Numbered from the stretch's first letter, positions 1 to 10,557 are shown. The stretch: DNA of 64,000 bases from Alphaproteobacteria bacterium UBA2966 (GCA_002348365.1 DEBC01000107.1:10506-74505); one strand, 5' to 3'. Program-made: numbers and translations. The notes: generated from the letters alone by a model not told the origin.

Positions 1-289
1 CCTGGCCCGGATGCCGAAAACTCGGAAGGTCAGTGGCATCCTCCAGAAACTCGATTCCCACCACAGCGCAACCCTTCGGCAACAGCATCGTTTCGGCCGA
101 GTCGAAACGGTAAAACGGCAATTGCTTCCATGCCTCCGACGTATCTGAACGCGCCGCATCGGCGAGTTCGACGTCCGAATCGATGGTGAAAATGAAGCTG
201 GCACCAAACGCGTGCGCCGAACGGAACAGACTTCCCGCATTCATCGGCTTGCTGAGTCGTTCGACCCCCACGCCAAAATATCCGCGCAT
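1..289 (-). CDS. TrmH/SpoU-family RNA methyltransferase, N-terminal part (continues past left edge)
   Basis: Absent from the ORF track because it has no stop in the window. The minus-strand ATG at 289-287 opens MRGYFGVGVERLSKPMNAGSLFRSAHAFGASFIFTIDS..., which resembles short SpoU/TrmH methyltransferases. The frame stays open to position 2. Confidence 0.6.
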   Translation of the reverse strand, partial: MRGYFGVGVERLSKPMNAGSLFRSAHAFGASFIFTIDSDVELADAARSDTSEAWKQLPFYRFDSAETMLLPKGCAVVGIEFLEDATDLPSFRHPGQ

Positions 290-347
290 CCACGACTCCC
301 GTATGGCTTGTTGCCGCGAAGCACCAAGAGTAAACATCGGTAGATCA

Positions 348-1355
348 ATGACCAACCCTGTCGCCGTCGAAGTCCTGCGCAACGGGCGCATTGAAAGCGT
401 CCACCGCGGCGCGGTCGCAGTCTGCGACGCGCAGGGACAGTTGCGCCTGGCGGTCGGCGACGTCAAAACGCCTATATTTCCGCGCTCGGCATTGAAGCCA
501 ATCCAGGCGCTGACGCTTGTCGAAACCGGTGCCGCCGATGCTTTCGTAGTAACGGGTGAAGAACTTGCGCTGGCCTGCGCCTCACACAACGGAGAAGCGA
601 AGCATATTGCCGTCGCGACGGACTGGCTTGCTCGGCTCGAACTCGACGCACGTGCATTGGCCTGCGGACCGCACTGGTCACTTTCCGAGCCTGTCACTCT
701 AGCCATGGCGAGGACCGGATCGGAACCGTCAGCCATTCACAACAACTGCTCGGGCAAACATGCGGGCATGCTGACCACCGCCCGACATTTGGGGGTGGAC
801 GTGGAAGGTTATGAGGCGCCGGATCATCCCGTTCAGATCAAAATTGGCGAAGCCATTTCCGATCTGACGGATCACGACTTGGATGTGGCCGGTCCAGCCG
901 TGGACGGTTGCTCCGCGCCGGCCTACGCGGTTCCGCTTTGCGGACTCGCCCGGGCCTTTGCCCAGCTCTCACACCTGAATTCGAACTCCGATGCGCGCGC
1001 CCTCGCCAGCCAGCGGGTCACGTCAGCGATGTTCGCGAATCCTTTTCTGGTCGCGGGAACGGACCGGTATTGCACCAACGTGATCGAGGCGGGCGAAGGC
1101 AGAGTGCTGGTCAAAACCGGCGCTGAAGGCGTGATGGCAGCCGCGCTGCCGGAGATCGGTGTCGGAGTCGCGGTCAAGATCGACGACGGCGCGCGTCGTG
1201 CCGCGGAGACAGCCATGGCGACGATACTTCTCGAGATTGGGGGATTGGCCGAAAGCACGCGCGACACCTTGCGTAAATATGCTGCCGCGACCACTCGGAA
1301 CTGGCGCGGACAGGTCGTCGGCACGATTCGCGCAGCATCGGGGTTCCCGTCATGA
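348..1355 (+). CDS. Asparaginase-II family protein (PF06089-like)
   Basis: From the ATG at 348: MTNPVAVEVLRNGRIESVHRGAVAV...FPRSALKPIQAL...ACASHNGE...NNCSGKHAGML. The upstream part of the listed ORF has no protein-like character. Confidence 0.8.
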   Translation: MTNPVAVEVLRNGRIESVHRGAVAVCDAQGQLRLAVGDVKTPIFPRSALKPIQALTLVETGAADAFVVTGEELALACASHNGEAKHIAVATDWLARLELDARALACGPHWSLSEPVTLAMARTGSEPSAIHNNCSGKHAGMLTTARHLGVDVEGYEAPDHPVQIKIGEAISDLTDHDLDVAGPAVDGCSAPAYAVPLCGLARAFAQLSHLNSNSDARALASQRVTSAMFANPFLVAGTDRYCTNVIEAGEGRVLVKTGAEGVMAAALPEIGVGVAVKIDDGARRAAETAMATILLEIGGLAESTRDTLRKYAAATTRNWRGQVVGTIRAASGFPS

Positions 1356-1864
1356 CGGTTCTCCCCGATGTTTTGCAGCCCGGGCTCCGGCTGGTTTTCT
1401 GCGGCACGGCGGCCGGCACCGCGTCCGCACGAGCGAGAGCCTATTATGCCGGACCCGGCAACCGCTTCTGGGAGATCCTGTTCGAGACCGGGCTCACGAC
1501 GGAGCGCCTTCGCCCAAGCCAGTTCAGGGAGGTCCTCCGATACGGAATCGGACTTACGGATATGGTCAAGACGGCATCCGGATCGGACGCCTCGCTGCCA
1601 GCCGACTCCTTCGACCCCGACCGACTTCGCGACCATACCCTTGCGCTGGAACCTCGTTTCCTCGCCTTCAACGGCAAACGTTCGGCGAAGGCCTTCTTTG
1701 CGGCCTCAAAGGTTGATTACGGACTGCAGACCACACAACTTGGCAGCACCTCGCTTTTCGTGCTTCCTTCGACCTCCGGCGCCGCGCGCGGATTTTGGGA
1801 GCCGCGGTACTGGCACGATCTCGCGAAGCTTGTCGGGGCGATCCCCGGCCACAAGGACTCATAA
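1352..1864 (+). CDS. TDG/Mug-family DNA glycosylase
   Basis: LQPGLRLVFCGTAAGTAS...YYAGPGNRFW...VLPSTSGAA parallels E. coli Mug (LRVVFCGINPG...ANRFW...LPNPSG). ATGA overlap with the upstream gene. The GINPG asparagine is not conserved. Confidence 0.75.
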   Translation: MTVLPDVLQPGLRLVFCGTAAGTASARARAYYAGPGNRFWEILFETGLTTERLRPSQFREVLRYGIGLTDMVKTASGSDASLPADSFDPDRLRDHTLALEPRFLAFNGKRSAKAFFAASKVDYGLQTTQLGSTSLFVLPSTSGAARGFWEPRYWHDLAKLVGAIPGHKDS

Positions 1865-1882
1865 GACGACGGCGGACTGGAT

Positions 1883-2863
1883 ATGAAGGCAATTCTCTGT
1901 ACGGAATGGGGCGGCCCGGAGAAACTGATCGTTGGAGATGCTCCGTCACCCTCACCCGGCCCGGGCGAGGTCGTGATCGACGTGAAGGCGGCGGGCGTAA
2001 ACTTCGCGGATACGGTCGTCATTCAAGGGACCTATCAGCTCAAGCCGGAATTCCCCTTCACGCCCGGTCTCGAAGTCGCCGGCGTGGTCGCTCAACTCGG
2101 GGACGGCGTCGATAGCGTCGCGGTGGGCGATCGCGTTGTCGGTATCCCCAACATCGGCGCCTTTGCCGAACAGGTGTTGGTCAAGGCCGCGGCGGTGGTC
2201 CGCATTCCGGACTCCATGGACTTCGAGACAGCGGCGTCATTCGCAGTTGCCTACTCCACCTCTCACATGGCGCTGGGATATCGGGCCGGCCTCAAGGCAG
2301 GGGAAACACTACTGATATTTGGTGCCGCCGGGGGCGTGGGTCTCACCGCCGTCGAACTCGGCAAGATTATGGGCGCAAATGTAATCGCCTGCGCGAGCAC
2401 CCAGGAAAAACTCGACCTCTGTTCCGAACGCGGCGCTGATCACGTGATCAATTACACGGAAGAAGACATCCGGGAACGCGTCAAGGAGATTACTGGAGGC
2501 AAGGGAGCGGACGTAGTCTATGACCCGGTCGGCGGCGAGGCCTTCGACGCCGCCATGCGAGCCATCAACTGGGAAGGCCGGATCGTCGTCATCGGATTCG
2601 CCAGCGGCGATTTCAATCAGGCACGGACCAACATCGTCATGGTCAAGAACATTGCCGTGATGGGTTTCTATTGGGGCTCGTATTCCATCCACAAGCCATC
2701 GGCCATCGGCGAATCCATGTCCGAGCTCATCCAGATGTGGAAAGAGGGCAAGCTTTCACCCCACATCAGTCACGGCATGCCGCTGGATCGGGCAGGGGAG
2801 GCATTGGCGATGATGATGGGACGGAAGTCGACCGGAAAAATGGTGCTGACCGTCGGCGATTGA
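1883..2863 (+). CDS. NADPH:quinone oxidoreductase (MDR/zinc-ADH superfamily)
   Basis: GEVVIDVKAAGVNFADT...PGLEVAGVV...GAAGGVGLTAVELGK...GKMVL are typical Qor-like motifs. Confidence 0.85.
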   Translation: MKAILCTEWGGPEKLIVGDAPSPSPGPGEVVIDVKAAGVNFADTVVIQGTYQLKPEFPFTPGLEVAGVVAQLGDGVDSVAVGDRVVGIPNIGAFAEQVLVKAAAVVRIPDSMDFETAASFAVAYSTSHMALGYRAGLKAGETLLIFGAAGGVGLTAVELGKIMGANVIACASTQEKLDLCSERGADHVINYTEEDIRERVKEITGGKGADVVYDPVGGEAFDAAMRAINWEGRIVVIGFASGDFNQARTNIVMVKNIAVMGFYWGSYSIHKPSAIGESMSELIQMWKEGKLSPHISHGMPLDRAGEALAMMMGRKSTGKMVLTVGD

Positions 2864-2877
2864 TTGGGGTGCGGTGG

Positions 2878-4128
2878 ATGGCACCCGACGACGACACCCC
2901 GCGGGAGAATGCCGACGCTGTCGTTCGCTCTCAGTACGAAGCGCATCCCTATCCTCCACGCGATCCGGACGATGAACGGCAACGACTGATCACGGGTTCA
3001 CCGAGCCACATCCGCGAAATCAATCACTATGTCTTTGGGGGCAAGCGCGACTTCTCGAAACCCTTCCGGGCGCTCATCGCCGGCGGCGGCACGGGTGACG
3101 CCACGGTTATGCTGGCGCAACAACTAGCGGATCAGGGCCCCGGCGAAGTCGTCTACGTCGACATCAGTGAGGCCTCTCTGAAGATCGCCGAAGCCCGCGT
3201 TCAGGCGAGAAATCTCCGAAATGTCTCGTTCCACCACGGGTCATTGCTCGATCTTGGAGATATCGCTCCGGGACCCTATGACTACATTGATTGCTGTGGC
3301 GTGCTGCACCACCTCGCGGACCCGGCGGCTGGTCTCGGTGCACTTGAAGAGGTCCTGGAGGAGAACGGCGGGATGGGCCTGATGCTGTACGGAGCGCTCG
3401 GCCGGACCGGTGTCTATCCCATGCAGGAAGCAATTCGGGAGCTGACCATGGGGATGGAAGGAGGCGATCGGCTGGCTCTTGCCAGGCGCCTGGTTGACAG
3501 CCTCCCCGATAGCAACTGGCTGAAGAAAAACCCGGCGGTCGGCGATCATCTGCTGGACGATGATGCCGCCTTCACCGACCTCTTACTGCACTCACGGGAT
3601 CGTGCCTACACAGTCCCGGAAATCGATGCATTGATGTCGGGATTCGGCTTCACCATCACGGGGTTCATCGAACCCGTTCGTTATGATCCCGCAACCTATC
3701 TGGATGAAGAAGCATTGGTGGGAAGGGCAAGGGACTTGCCCTGGATGGACCAGTGCGCAATCGCCGAATCTATTGCGGGCAACCTCAAAACCCACGTGTT
3801 CTACGTCGTCCCATCAAGCCATGGGACGACAGCCCTGGCGCAGGCGGATAATCCCGGGATGGTGCCCCTGTGGCGGGATGACGATGGTCCGGCATTTGCC
3901 AGGCGTCTCTCCGGCAGCAGCCGCATCAAGATGAATTTCGATGGACTGGCCCTGTCACTCGAACTGCCGGATGGTGCCGGGAAAGTGGCCGAGTTGATCA
4001 ACGGTGAGCGCAGTCTCGGCGACATTCAAGCTGCACTGTATCAGGATTGGATAACCTTCAAGGCCCGGTTCGACCGACTCTATCGCGTTCTCAACGGCCT
4101 CAACCTGATGCTGTTGAAAGCCGGGTAA
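2878..4128 (+). CDS. Class I SAM-dependent methyltransferase
   Basis: The ATG at 2878 follows the upstream stop. ALIAGGGTGDATV...VYVDISEASL...YDYIDCCGVLHHLADP are methyltransferase motifs I-III. Confidence 0.7.
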   Translation: MAPDDDTPRENADAVVRSQYEAHPYPPRDPDDERQRLITGSPSHIREINHYVFGGKRDFSKPFRALIAGGGTGDATVMLAQQLADQGPGEVVYVDISEASLKIAEARVQARNLRNVSFHHGSLLDLGDIAPGPYDYIDCCGVLHHLADPAAGLGALEEVLEENGGMGLMLYGALGRTGVYPMQEAIRELTMGMEGGDRLALARRLVDSLPDSNWLKKNPAVGDHLLDDDAAFTDLLLHSRDRAYTVPEIDALMSGFGFTITGFIEPVRYDPATYLDEEALVGRARDLPWMDQCAIAESIAGNLKTHVFYVVPSSHGTTALAQADNPGMVPLWRDDDGPAFARRLSGSSRIKMNFDGLALSLELPDGAGKVAELINGERSLGDIQAALYQDWITFKARFDRLYRVLNGLNLMLLKAG

Positions 4129-4138
4129 CGGCGCCGGT

Positions 4139-4390
4139 CTATGTGGGTTCGTCCAATGTGAGCACAATTTTGCCCACGTGCTGTTTGGACAGGAATACCA
4201 TCTGTGCCTCGGCTATCCGGTCAGGCGGATACTGCTGCGCCACAAGCGGGACGATCTGGTTCGCCTCGATTCGGGATATGAGATTTGCAAAGACGGGAGG
4301 ATCGAGAACGGTGTTCAAGGACTGGCTGATCGAAACAGCGATGTCGGAGGATGGTGGATAACCCCCATTGAGGATTGCCCCTCTCCAAGG
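4139..4390 (-). pseudogene. C-terminal remnant of an MDR/quinone-oxidoreductase gene
   Basis: The minus frame reads ...NGGYPPSSDIAVSISQSLNTVLDPPVFANLISRIEANQIVPLVAQQYPPDRIAEAQMVFLSKQHVGKIVLTLDEPT*. This looks like the last ~80 aa of a Zn-ADH-type enzyme (compare ...GKMVL in gene 1883..2863). There is no start codon or N-terminal domain, and the frame is bounded upstream by TAA 4391-4393. Confidence 0.45.
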
Positions 4391-4417
4391 TTAGAGAAGG
4401 ACAAGCTCATAAGAACC

Positions 4418-6535
4418 TTAATTTGCGGCAGCGACCTCAACCCGCGTATCGGTGAGCGCCGGGCCCTGACCAATGTCCGTCAGGGCGGCTGGATTAAGTG
4501 CGTTGACCCCGATGCCCACGCCATCCGACTTGCGCCAATACCCAAGCGGCACCACCACAATGCCAGGTGCCGTATCTTCACTGATCCGGGCGCCAACCTC
4601 GATGGTCGCGAGATCGTTGAACACATTGATCCGATCGCCTTCCGAAATGCCGCGCGCCTTGGCGTCAACCGGATGCATAAGCGCCGTGGGATCGCCCGCC
4701 GCCTTCTGCTGAACCTCGAGATTGCCATAGCAGGAGTTGAGGAAGGCGTGGCTTTTGGGCGAGATCAAGATCAGGGGATGCCGGGGATCGTCGACATCTG
4801 CCGGGACGTAGTCAGGCAGGGGATCGACGTCGCCGGCCGGCATGCCCTCTTCGTAGCCCTGTCTCAGGCGTGGCAGAACCAGGTTCCCTTCGGCAGCGCG
4901 TGATGAAACGAATTCGCACTTGCCTGAAGGCGTCGGGAAATTGCCCTCGGCGTGCGGCAAGCGAGTATCGGGATCCCCCACATTGAGGCGGGCGTACCCT
5001 TCACGCTTCAGCAGATCCATGTCGATGCCGTCCAGCGCAGGGTGGTCCCAGTCGATAGCGTCATAGGCGATCTCCTCGTCGGAGCGCCGGAAATAGGGCT
5101 CGTTGAAACCGAACGTCGCGGCAAGGCGCCGAAACATTTCGGCATTCGGAATCGACTCCGCCAGTGGTGGAATCGCAGGCTCGCTCAGACCAAGAAAGAA
5201 CTGTCCCCACGAGTAAACCAGCTCGAACTGCTCCAGTTGGGTCGAGGCGGGAAGAAGAATATCGGCATAGTCCGCGGTATCGGTCTGGAACTGCTCGCTC
5301 ACAACGACGAAGAGGTCATCCCGCATGAGTCCCCGTGCGATGGCCTTCTGGTCGGGAACCGTCACCATAGGATTGCAGTTGTAGACGAACAACGCCTTGA
5401 TCGGCGGATCGAGTTCACCGGTCAATGCCGCGCCCATCTCGATCTGATTGATCACACGGGTGCCAGGCCGAATAAAATCCGGCCGGGAGATCTGATCACC
5501 ACGTGATGGCAGCGAACGCGCCGCGCTCTGCAGCACGCCACCGCCCACGTGGCGCCACGCACCCACGAGAGCCGGTAGTGACGCCAGCGCACGAACCGTT
5601 TGCCCGCCACTCTTGTGGCGTTCCACGGCGACGCCCACACGAATGACCGAGGGTTGGGTCGTCGCGTATTCGCGACCCAGCCGCCGGATATCGTCAAGGG
5701 GCAATCCGGTGATCTCGGCAACGCGTTCGGGCGGATACTGGGCCGCCCGTTCCTTCAGGGCATCGAACCCAACCGTATACTTCTCGACATAGTCGGCATC
5801 GATGAGCTCTTCAGTGATGATCACGTTCATCATGCCGAGGGCCAGGGCCGCGTCAGTGCCCGGCCGAATCTGAACATGCCAGTCGGCTTTGGCGGCCGTC
5901 CGAGAACGGATGGGATCGACGACCACGACCTTGGCGCCGTCACGCTGCGCCTCGGCGATCATCGGCCACTGGTGCATGTGGGTCGAAATCGTGTTGCAGC
6001 CCCAGATGAGGATGAATTTCGAGTGCACGAAACTCAGCGGGTCGACTCCACCGGACACGCCGGTGGTCATGACGGATGCGGAGTTCGCCGCGGACGCGCA
6101 GAGCGTCCGCTCCATGATCGTGGCACCCAGCCGGTTGAAGAAGGCATCACCCGAATTCAGTCCATGCACGAACCCTTGCTGGCCGATATAGCTGCAGGGG
6201 AGGATCGCTTCGGCACCGAAATCATCGATGATCCCGCTGAAACGGTCATGGATGGTCTCGAGTGCTTCCTTCCAGGTGATGCGCTCGAACCGGCCCTCGC
6301 CCTTGGCACCGACGCGGCGCATGGGATGGAGAACCCGATCGGGGCTATGGACCCGATCCTCATAGTTCTTCACCTTCACGCACAGAGTGCCACGGGTGAA
6401 CGGATGTTCGCGGCGGCCACGCACGCCGACGACACGGCCATTCTCGACGGTCGCCACCATGGCGCACGAATCCGGACAGTCGTGCGGACACGTCGCATAG
6501 ATTTCCTTGGGACCAGATGCCTCCTGTAGCACCAC
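4418..6535 (-). CDS. Molybdopterin (bis-MGD) oxidoreductase family protein
   Basis: An N-terminal CPHDCPDSCAM 4Fe-4S motif with MopB-like length and body. GTG start with a GGAGGA SD 6 nt upstream. Confidence 0.85.
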   Translation of the reverse strand: MVLQEASGPKEIYATCPHDCPDSCAMVATVENGRVVGVRGRREHPFTRGTLCVKVKNYEDRVHSPDRVLHPMRRVGAKGEGRFERITWKEALETIHDRFSGIIDDFGAEAILPCSYIGQQGFVHGLNSGDAFFNRLGATIMERTLCASAANSASVMTTGVSGGVDPLSFVHSKFILIWGCNTISTHMHQWPMIAEAQRDGAKVVVVDPIRSRTAAKADWHVQIRPGTDAALALGMMNVIITEELIDADYVEKYTVGFDALKERAAQYPPERVAEITGLPLDDIRRLGREYATTQPSVIRVGVAVERHKSGGQTVRALASLPALVGAWRHVGGGVLQSAARSLPSRGDQISRPDFIRPGTRVINQIEMGAALTGELDPPIKALFVYNCNPMVTVPDQKAIARGLMRDDLFVVVSEQFQTDTADYADILLPASTQLEQFELVYSWGQFFLGLSEPAIPPLAESIPNAEMFRRLAATFGFNEPYFRRSDEEIAYDAIDWDHPALDGIDMDLLKREGYARLNVGDPDTRLPHAEGNFPTPSGKCEFVSSRAAEGNLVLPRLRQGYEEGMPAGDVDPLPDYVPADVDDPRHPLILISPKSHAFLNSCYGNLEVQQKAAGDPTALMHPVDAKARGISEGDRINVFNDLATIEVGARISEDTAPGIVVVPLGYWRKSDGVGIGVNALNPAALTDIGQGPALTDTRVEVAAAN

Positions 6536-6684
6536 AGTCTTCCTCCGATTCTGAGATCATTCTTCGGTTAGTTGGCAGTATAACAGATACGCCACGTGCG
6601 CCGCAGACGTCCAGGTTTGACGCCCCAAACACTGACGGTGTAAGTCGGCTGCCGTCAGAGAAATTGAACCCCCAGGACACTCTC

Positions 6685-7803
6685 ATGGATAGCCAACTGT
6701 TCAAGCCCATCAAACTCCGCAACCTCGAACTCGCGAATCGCATCGTCGTTGCGCCCATGTGTCAGTACAGCGCCACGGACGGTACCGCGAGCGACTGGCA
6801 CATGATGCATTTGGGCCAGTTTGCCGTGTCCGGTGTGGGACTATTGCTGACGGAAGCCACCGGCGTCGTTCCTGAAGGTCGGATCTCTCCCAATTGTCTT
6901 GGCCTCTATTCCGATGAAAACGAGGCCGCCCTCGGCCGGGTCGTCAATTTCGTTCGTGAATACGGCAATTCTCCAATCGGCATCCAGATCGCCCATGCCG
7001 GGCGCAAGGCATCAACCGAGCCGCCGTGGCAAGGACAAGGGGCTGTCCTGCCTGAAGATGGTGGGTGGGAACTTGTGGCACCGTCGGCCATCCCGTTTTC
7101 CAACCGATCCGAGATGCCCAGGGCGATGACCAAGGAAGACATCGAGCACGCCCAGGAAGGCTTTGTCCAGGCAACCAAACGGGCCGACCGGCTCGGCATG
7201 GATTGCATCGAAATTCATGCGGCCCACGGGTACCTGGCCCAGTCGTTCCTGTCGCCGCTCTCCAACAAACGGGAAGATGAATACGGCGGCAGCCTGGAAA
7301 ACCGCATGAGGTTCCTGCTGGAAACCTTCGAGAAGGTCCGCGCCGCCTGGCCCAAAGAAAAGCCGTTGGGTGTGAGAATCACATCGAGCGACTGGGTGGA
7401 TGGTGGCTGGGATATCGGAGATTCGGTTGCCCTCGCCATCGAGCTGGAAAAACGGGGCTGCGACTTCATCGTCGCTTCAAGCGGTGGCGCCACGCCCGAT
7501 GCTGCTGTCATTTCGGGACCTGGATATCAGGTCGGCTTCGCGGCGGAGATCAAACGCAACATGACGGACATGGCCGTCATGGCCGTGGGACTGATCACGG
7601 ACCCGCGTCAGGCGGACAGCATCATCCGTTCAGGCCAAGCCGACATGGTCGCCCTGGCCAGAGGCATGCTCTACAACCCTCATTGGACGTGGCAGGCGGC
7701 TGTCGCACTCGGCCAGGAAGCCTCGTATCCACATCAGTACGCCCGTTGCCATCCCGATCTACTGGGGCTCCCTGTTCCTGGAAAGCTCCCCGACGCGAAG
7801 TAG
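6685..7803 (+). CDS. NADH:flavin oxidoreductase (Old Yellow Enzyme family)
   Basis: LFKPIKLRNLELANRIVVAPMCQY...HLGQFA...IQIAHAGRKAS...IEIHAAHGYL are OYE hallmarks. Start taken at the ATG at 6685. Confidence 0.85.
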   Translation: MDSQLFKPIKLRNLELANRIVVAPMCQYSATDGTASDWHMMHLGQFAVSGVGLLLTEATGVVPEGRISPNCLGLYSDENEAALGRVVNFVREYGNSPIGIQIAHAGRKASTEPPWQGQGAVLPEDGGWELVAPSAIPFSNRSEMPRAMTKEDIEHAQEGFVQATKRADRLGMDCIEIHAAHGYLAQSFLSPLSNKREDEYGGSLENRMRFLLETFEKVRAAWPKEKPLGVRITSSDWVDGGWDIGDSVALAIELEKRGCDFIVASSGGATPDAAVISGPGYQVGFAAEIKRNMTDMAVMAVGLITDPRQADSIIRSGQADMVALARGMLYNPHWTWQAAVALGQEASYPHQYARCHPDLLGLPVPGKLPDAK

Positions 7804-7923
7804 GCTGACCGGCAAAGCGAGTGTTGGCAGGGGTGAGAAAATTTCAGTGATAGGCCCCTGCAACCGACGAAGCAGTCGTGCACCTGGCGGCACACTGATC
7901 TTCCCAGTGACAAAGCGGAAGGC

Positions 7924-9243
7924 ATGAACTCCACGGTCGAACACCGGCGGGTCTGGCGGATCGCCGGGCCCATCATTCTGTCCAACGTTTCCGTCCCGCT
8001 GCTGGGTGCCGTCGATACGGCGGTGGTCGGACATCTCGACAGTCCGATCTATCTTGGCGGCGTGGCAATCGGCTCGCTGGTATTCAGTTACGTCTACTGG
8101 GGGTTCGGTTTCCTGCGCATGGGTACCACCGGTCTTGCCGCCCAGGCGATGGGCGCGCGCGACGGACAGGAAATCTGGGCAACACTGGGCCGTGGCCTGG
8201 TCATGGCCGTCATCCTGTCCGTGGTTGTCATCGCCCTCCAGTTTCCCATCATCGATGTTGCCCGCTGGCTCTTCGAAGCCAGCAACCCAGTCGAGGAACT
8301 GGCACGCGAGTACTTCCTGATTCGGATCTGGGCGGCGCCGGCTGCTCTTGCGAATTATGTCGTGCTGGGGTGGCTCATCGGGCTGCAGCGGGCCGGCTCG
8401 GCCCTGGCGCTGCAGGTCTTCATGAACGGACTCAATGTGATCCTGGATCTCGTGTTCGTCGTCGGCTTTGGTTGGGACGTAAGGGGCGTAGCGGCTGCCA
8501 GCGCACTTTCGGAATACGCTGCGATCGTGGCCGGGCTGTTTCTGTGTGTACGGATCCTGCGCCGCGAGGGTGCAAGGCCAAACACGGATCAATTATGGGA
8601 CATCACCCGATTCCGCCGGCTCGCGGCGATCAACGGGGACATCTTCATCCGGACATTGTTCTTGATCTCTGCGTTTGCGGTATTCACGGCCCAGAGCGCG
8701 AAGTTTGGCGACACGACTCTGGCCGTGAACGCTTTGCTCCTCAATTTTCAGATGTTCCTGTCGCATGCACTCGATGGATTTGCCCACGCCGCGAGCGCAT
8801 TGGTCGGCGGCGCCGCCGGTGCTCGCGAACGCGTAGCATTCCGGCGGGGGGTGGGGATTACCACAGTCTGGGCCGTGGCCACGGCCGTCGCTTTCATGGG
8901 TGTTTACGTTGTGGCAGGTCATTTGTTGGTCGATGTTCTGACCAGCCTGCCGGACGTGCGTCAGGAGTCCTACGTCTACCTTCCATGGCTGATCCTCTCC
9001 CCACTGATTTCGGTGTGGAGTTTCCAGCTCGATGGCGTCTATATCGGCGCGACCGAGACCGCGCTGATGCGCAACATGATGATCATTTCTTTCATCGGTT
9101 ACGCAGGTGCACTCATGGTGCTCCTTCCGATCTATGGCAATCACGGCCTGTGGGCCGCGCTGCTACTGTTCATGGCTTTCCGCGGCATCACACTGGGGCT
9201 CACCTATCCGAGGATCGAGCGGAGGATCTCGGCGGAGACGTAA
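7924..9243 (+). CDS. MATE family efflux transporter (DinF/NorM-like)
   Basis: WRIAGPIILSNVSVPLLGAVDTAVVGHL and about 12 predicted TM segments over 439 aa. Confidence 0.85.
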   Translation: MNSTVEHRRVWRIAGPIILSNVSVPLLGAVDTAVVGHLDSPIYLGGVAIGSLVFSYVYWGFGFLRMGTTGLAAQAMGARDGQEIWATLGRGLVMAVILSVVVIALQFPIIDVARWLFEASNPVEELAREYFLIRIWAAPAALANYVVLGWLIGLQRAGSALALQVFMNGLNVILDLVFVVGFGWDVRGVAAASALSEYAAIVAGLFLCVRILRREGARPNTDQLWDITRFRRLAAINGDIFIRTLFLISAFAVFTAQSAKFGDTTLAVNALLLNFQMFLSHALDGFAHAASALVGGAAGARERVAFRRGVGITTVWAVATAVAFMGVYVVAGHLLVDVLTSLPDVRQESYVYLPWLILSPLISVWSFQLDGVYIGATETALMRNMMIISFIGYAGALMVLLPIYGNHGLWAALLLFMAFRGITLGLTYPRIERRISAET

Positions 9244-9327
9244 AACGGACGCACCCCGGCATCGCGTTGCGCCCTCCGGAATGCCACGTATAGTGCCTCA
9301 CCGATCAACGCGCGGCAGTTTTACATC

Positions 9328-10557
9328 TTGTCCCTATCACAACGTCTTACCGGCATTCCCTGGCGTGAACAGACCTCTGTTCTCACCATGGCGCTGGGTC
9401 ACGGCAGCACTCACTGGACCTTCGGCACGTTCTACGTCCTGCTGCCGTTCATCGCCCGTCATCTGGGGCTGAGCTACGCCGAAGCCGGTTTGCTCGTCGC
9501 CGTCTATCACGCCAGTGGCTTCACGGCCTCGATCGGGAGCGGCGCTCTGATCGACGTCATCGGGCGCCAGGCCCTGTTCCAGATCATCGCCCTCCTGATG
9601 GGGGCCTTCGCGCTGCTGGCCATCGGCATGAGTGGTGAGTTCCTGATTATTGGCGTGCTGATCGTCTTCATCGGCGCGGGCGCGAACCTCTGGCACCCAG
9701 CCGCCATCTCCTACCTGTCGAGTCGCTTTCCGAACAACCGGGGCTACACGCTCTCGATCCATGCCTTCGGCGCCAACGTTGGAGATACATTGGCACCTCT
9801 GGTGGCGGGAACGGCGCTGGTCTGGTTCTCCTGGCAGGGCGTTGCGATGATCAACGCCGTACCGATATTTCTCGCCACACTGGTGGTCGCATGGGTGTTG
9901 TCGCGGGAAAAAACCGCGGGCCGTGCGCCGAGCGACCAGGGCATGTCCGTCAGCGAGTACTTCACGCAAATCAAGGGCGTGATCGGCGATAAGGCCGTGC
10001 TGGGACTATGCGTCATGGCGGCCTTTCGCACCATGACCCAGAACGGCCTGTTCGTGTTCCTACCGCTCTACCTCGCGGACGTCATCAAGGTGAGTCCGCT
10101 GACGTTAGGCTTCGCCTTGTCCGCGCTTCAGGTCGGCGGACTGATCGCGGCGCCGATCGCGGGCACCGCCTCCGATCACATCGGCCGGCGGCCCGTGGTG
10201 ATCGCCGCGCTGAGCGTCTCCACCGTGCTGATCATTATCCTCACCTTTATCGACAGCGAGACCGTCTTCGTTGCCGGAGTTTCCCTGCTGGGCTTTGCCA
10301 TGTTCGCCATGCGGCCGGTAATTCACAGCTGGCTCATGGACCTGACCCCTCAGCAAATGGGCGGCTCGGCCACGAGCCTGCTGTTCGGTACTCAGGCCGG
10401 ACTCTCAACGCTCACGCCGGCGATCGGCGGCATCATTGCCGACACCTGGGGCCTCACATCTGTCTTCTATTTCCTGGCCGGCACCATGCTGGTCGCCAAC
10501 GTTCTCGTCTTCATGCTGCCGCAACACGACCCCAGGACTGCGTCGGCCAGTGATTGA
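9328..10557 (+). CDS. MFS transporter
   Basis: A hydrophobic 12-TM-like profile over 409 aa. TTG start at 9328; the alternative ATG at 9388 would cut into TM1. Confidence 0.8.
   Translation: MSLSQRLTGIPWREQTSVLTMALGHGSTHWTFGTFYVLLPFIARHLGLSYAEAGLLVAVYHASGFTASIGSGALIDVIGRQALFQIIALLMGAFALLAIGMSGEFLIIGVLIVFIGAGANLWHPAAISYLSSRFPNNRGYTLSIHAFGANVGDTLAPLVAGTALVWFSWQGVAMINAVPIFLATLVVAWVLSREKTAGRAPSDQGMSVSEYFTQIKGVIGDKAVLGLCVMAAFRTMTQNGLFVFLPLYLADVIKVSPLTLGFALSALQVGGLIAAPIAGTASDHIGRRPVVIAALSVSTVLIIILTFIDSETVFVAGVSLLGFAMFAMRPVIHSWLMDLTPQQMGGSATSLLFGTQAGLSTLTPAIGGIIADTWGLTSVFYFLAGTMLVANVLVFMLPQHDPRTASASD

Noticed and set aside
4178-4903. 241-aa plus-strand ORF
   Set aside because: Most of it is antisense to the 3' end of the molybdopterin oxidoreductase. 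Its 5' part overlaps the MDR remnant, which reads better on the minus strand.
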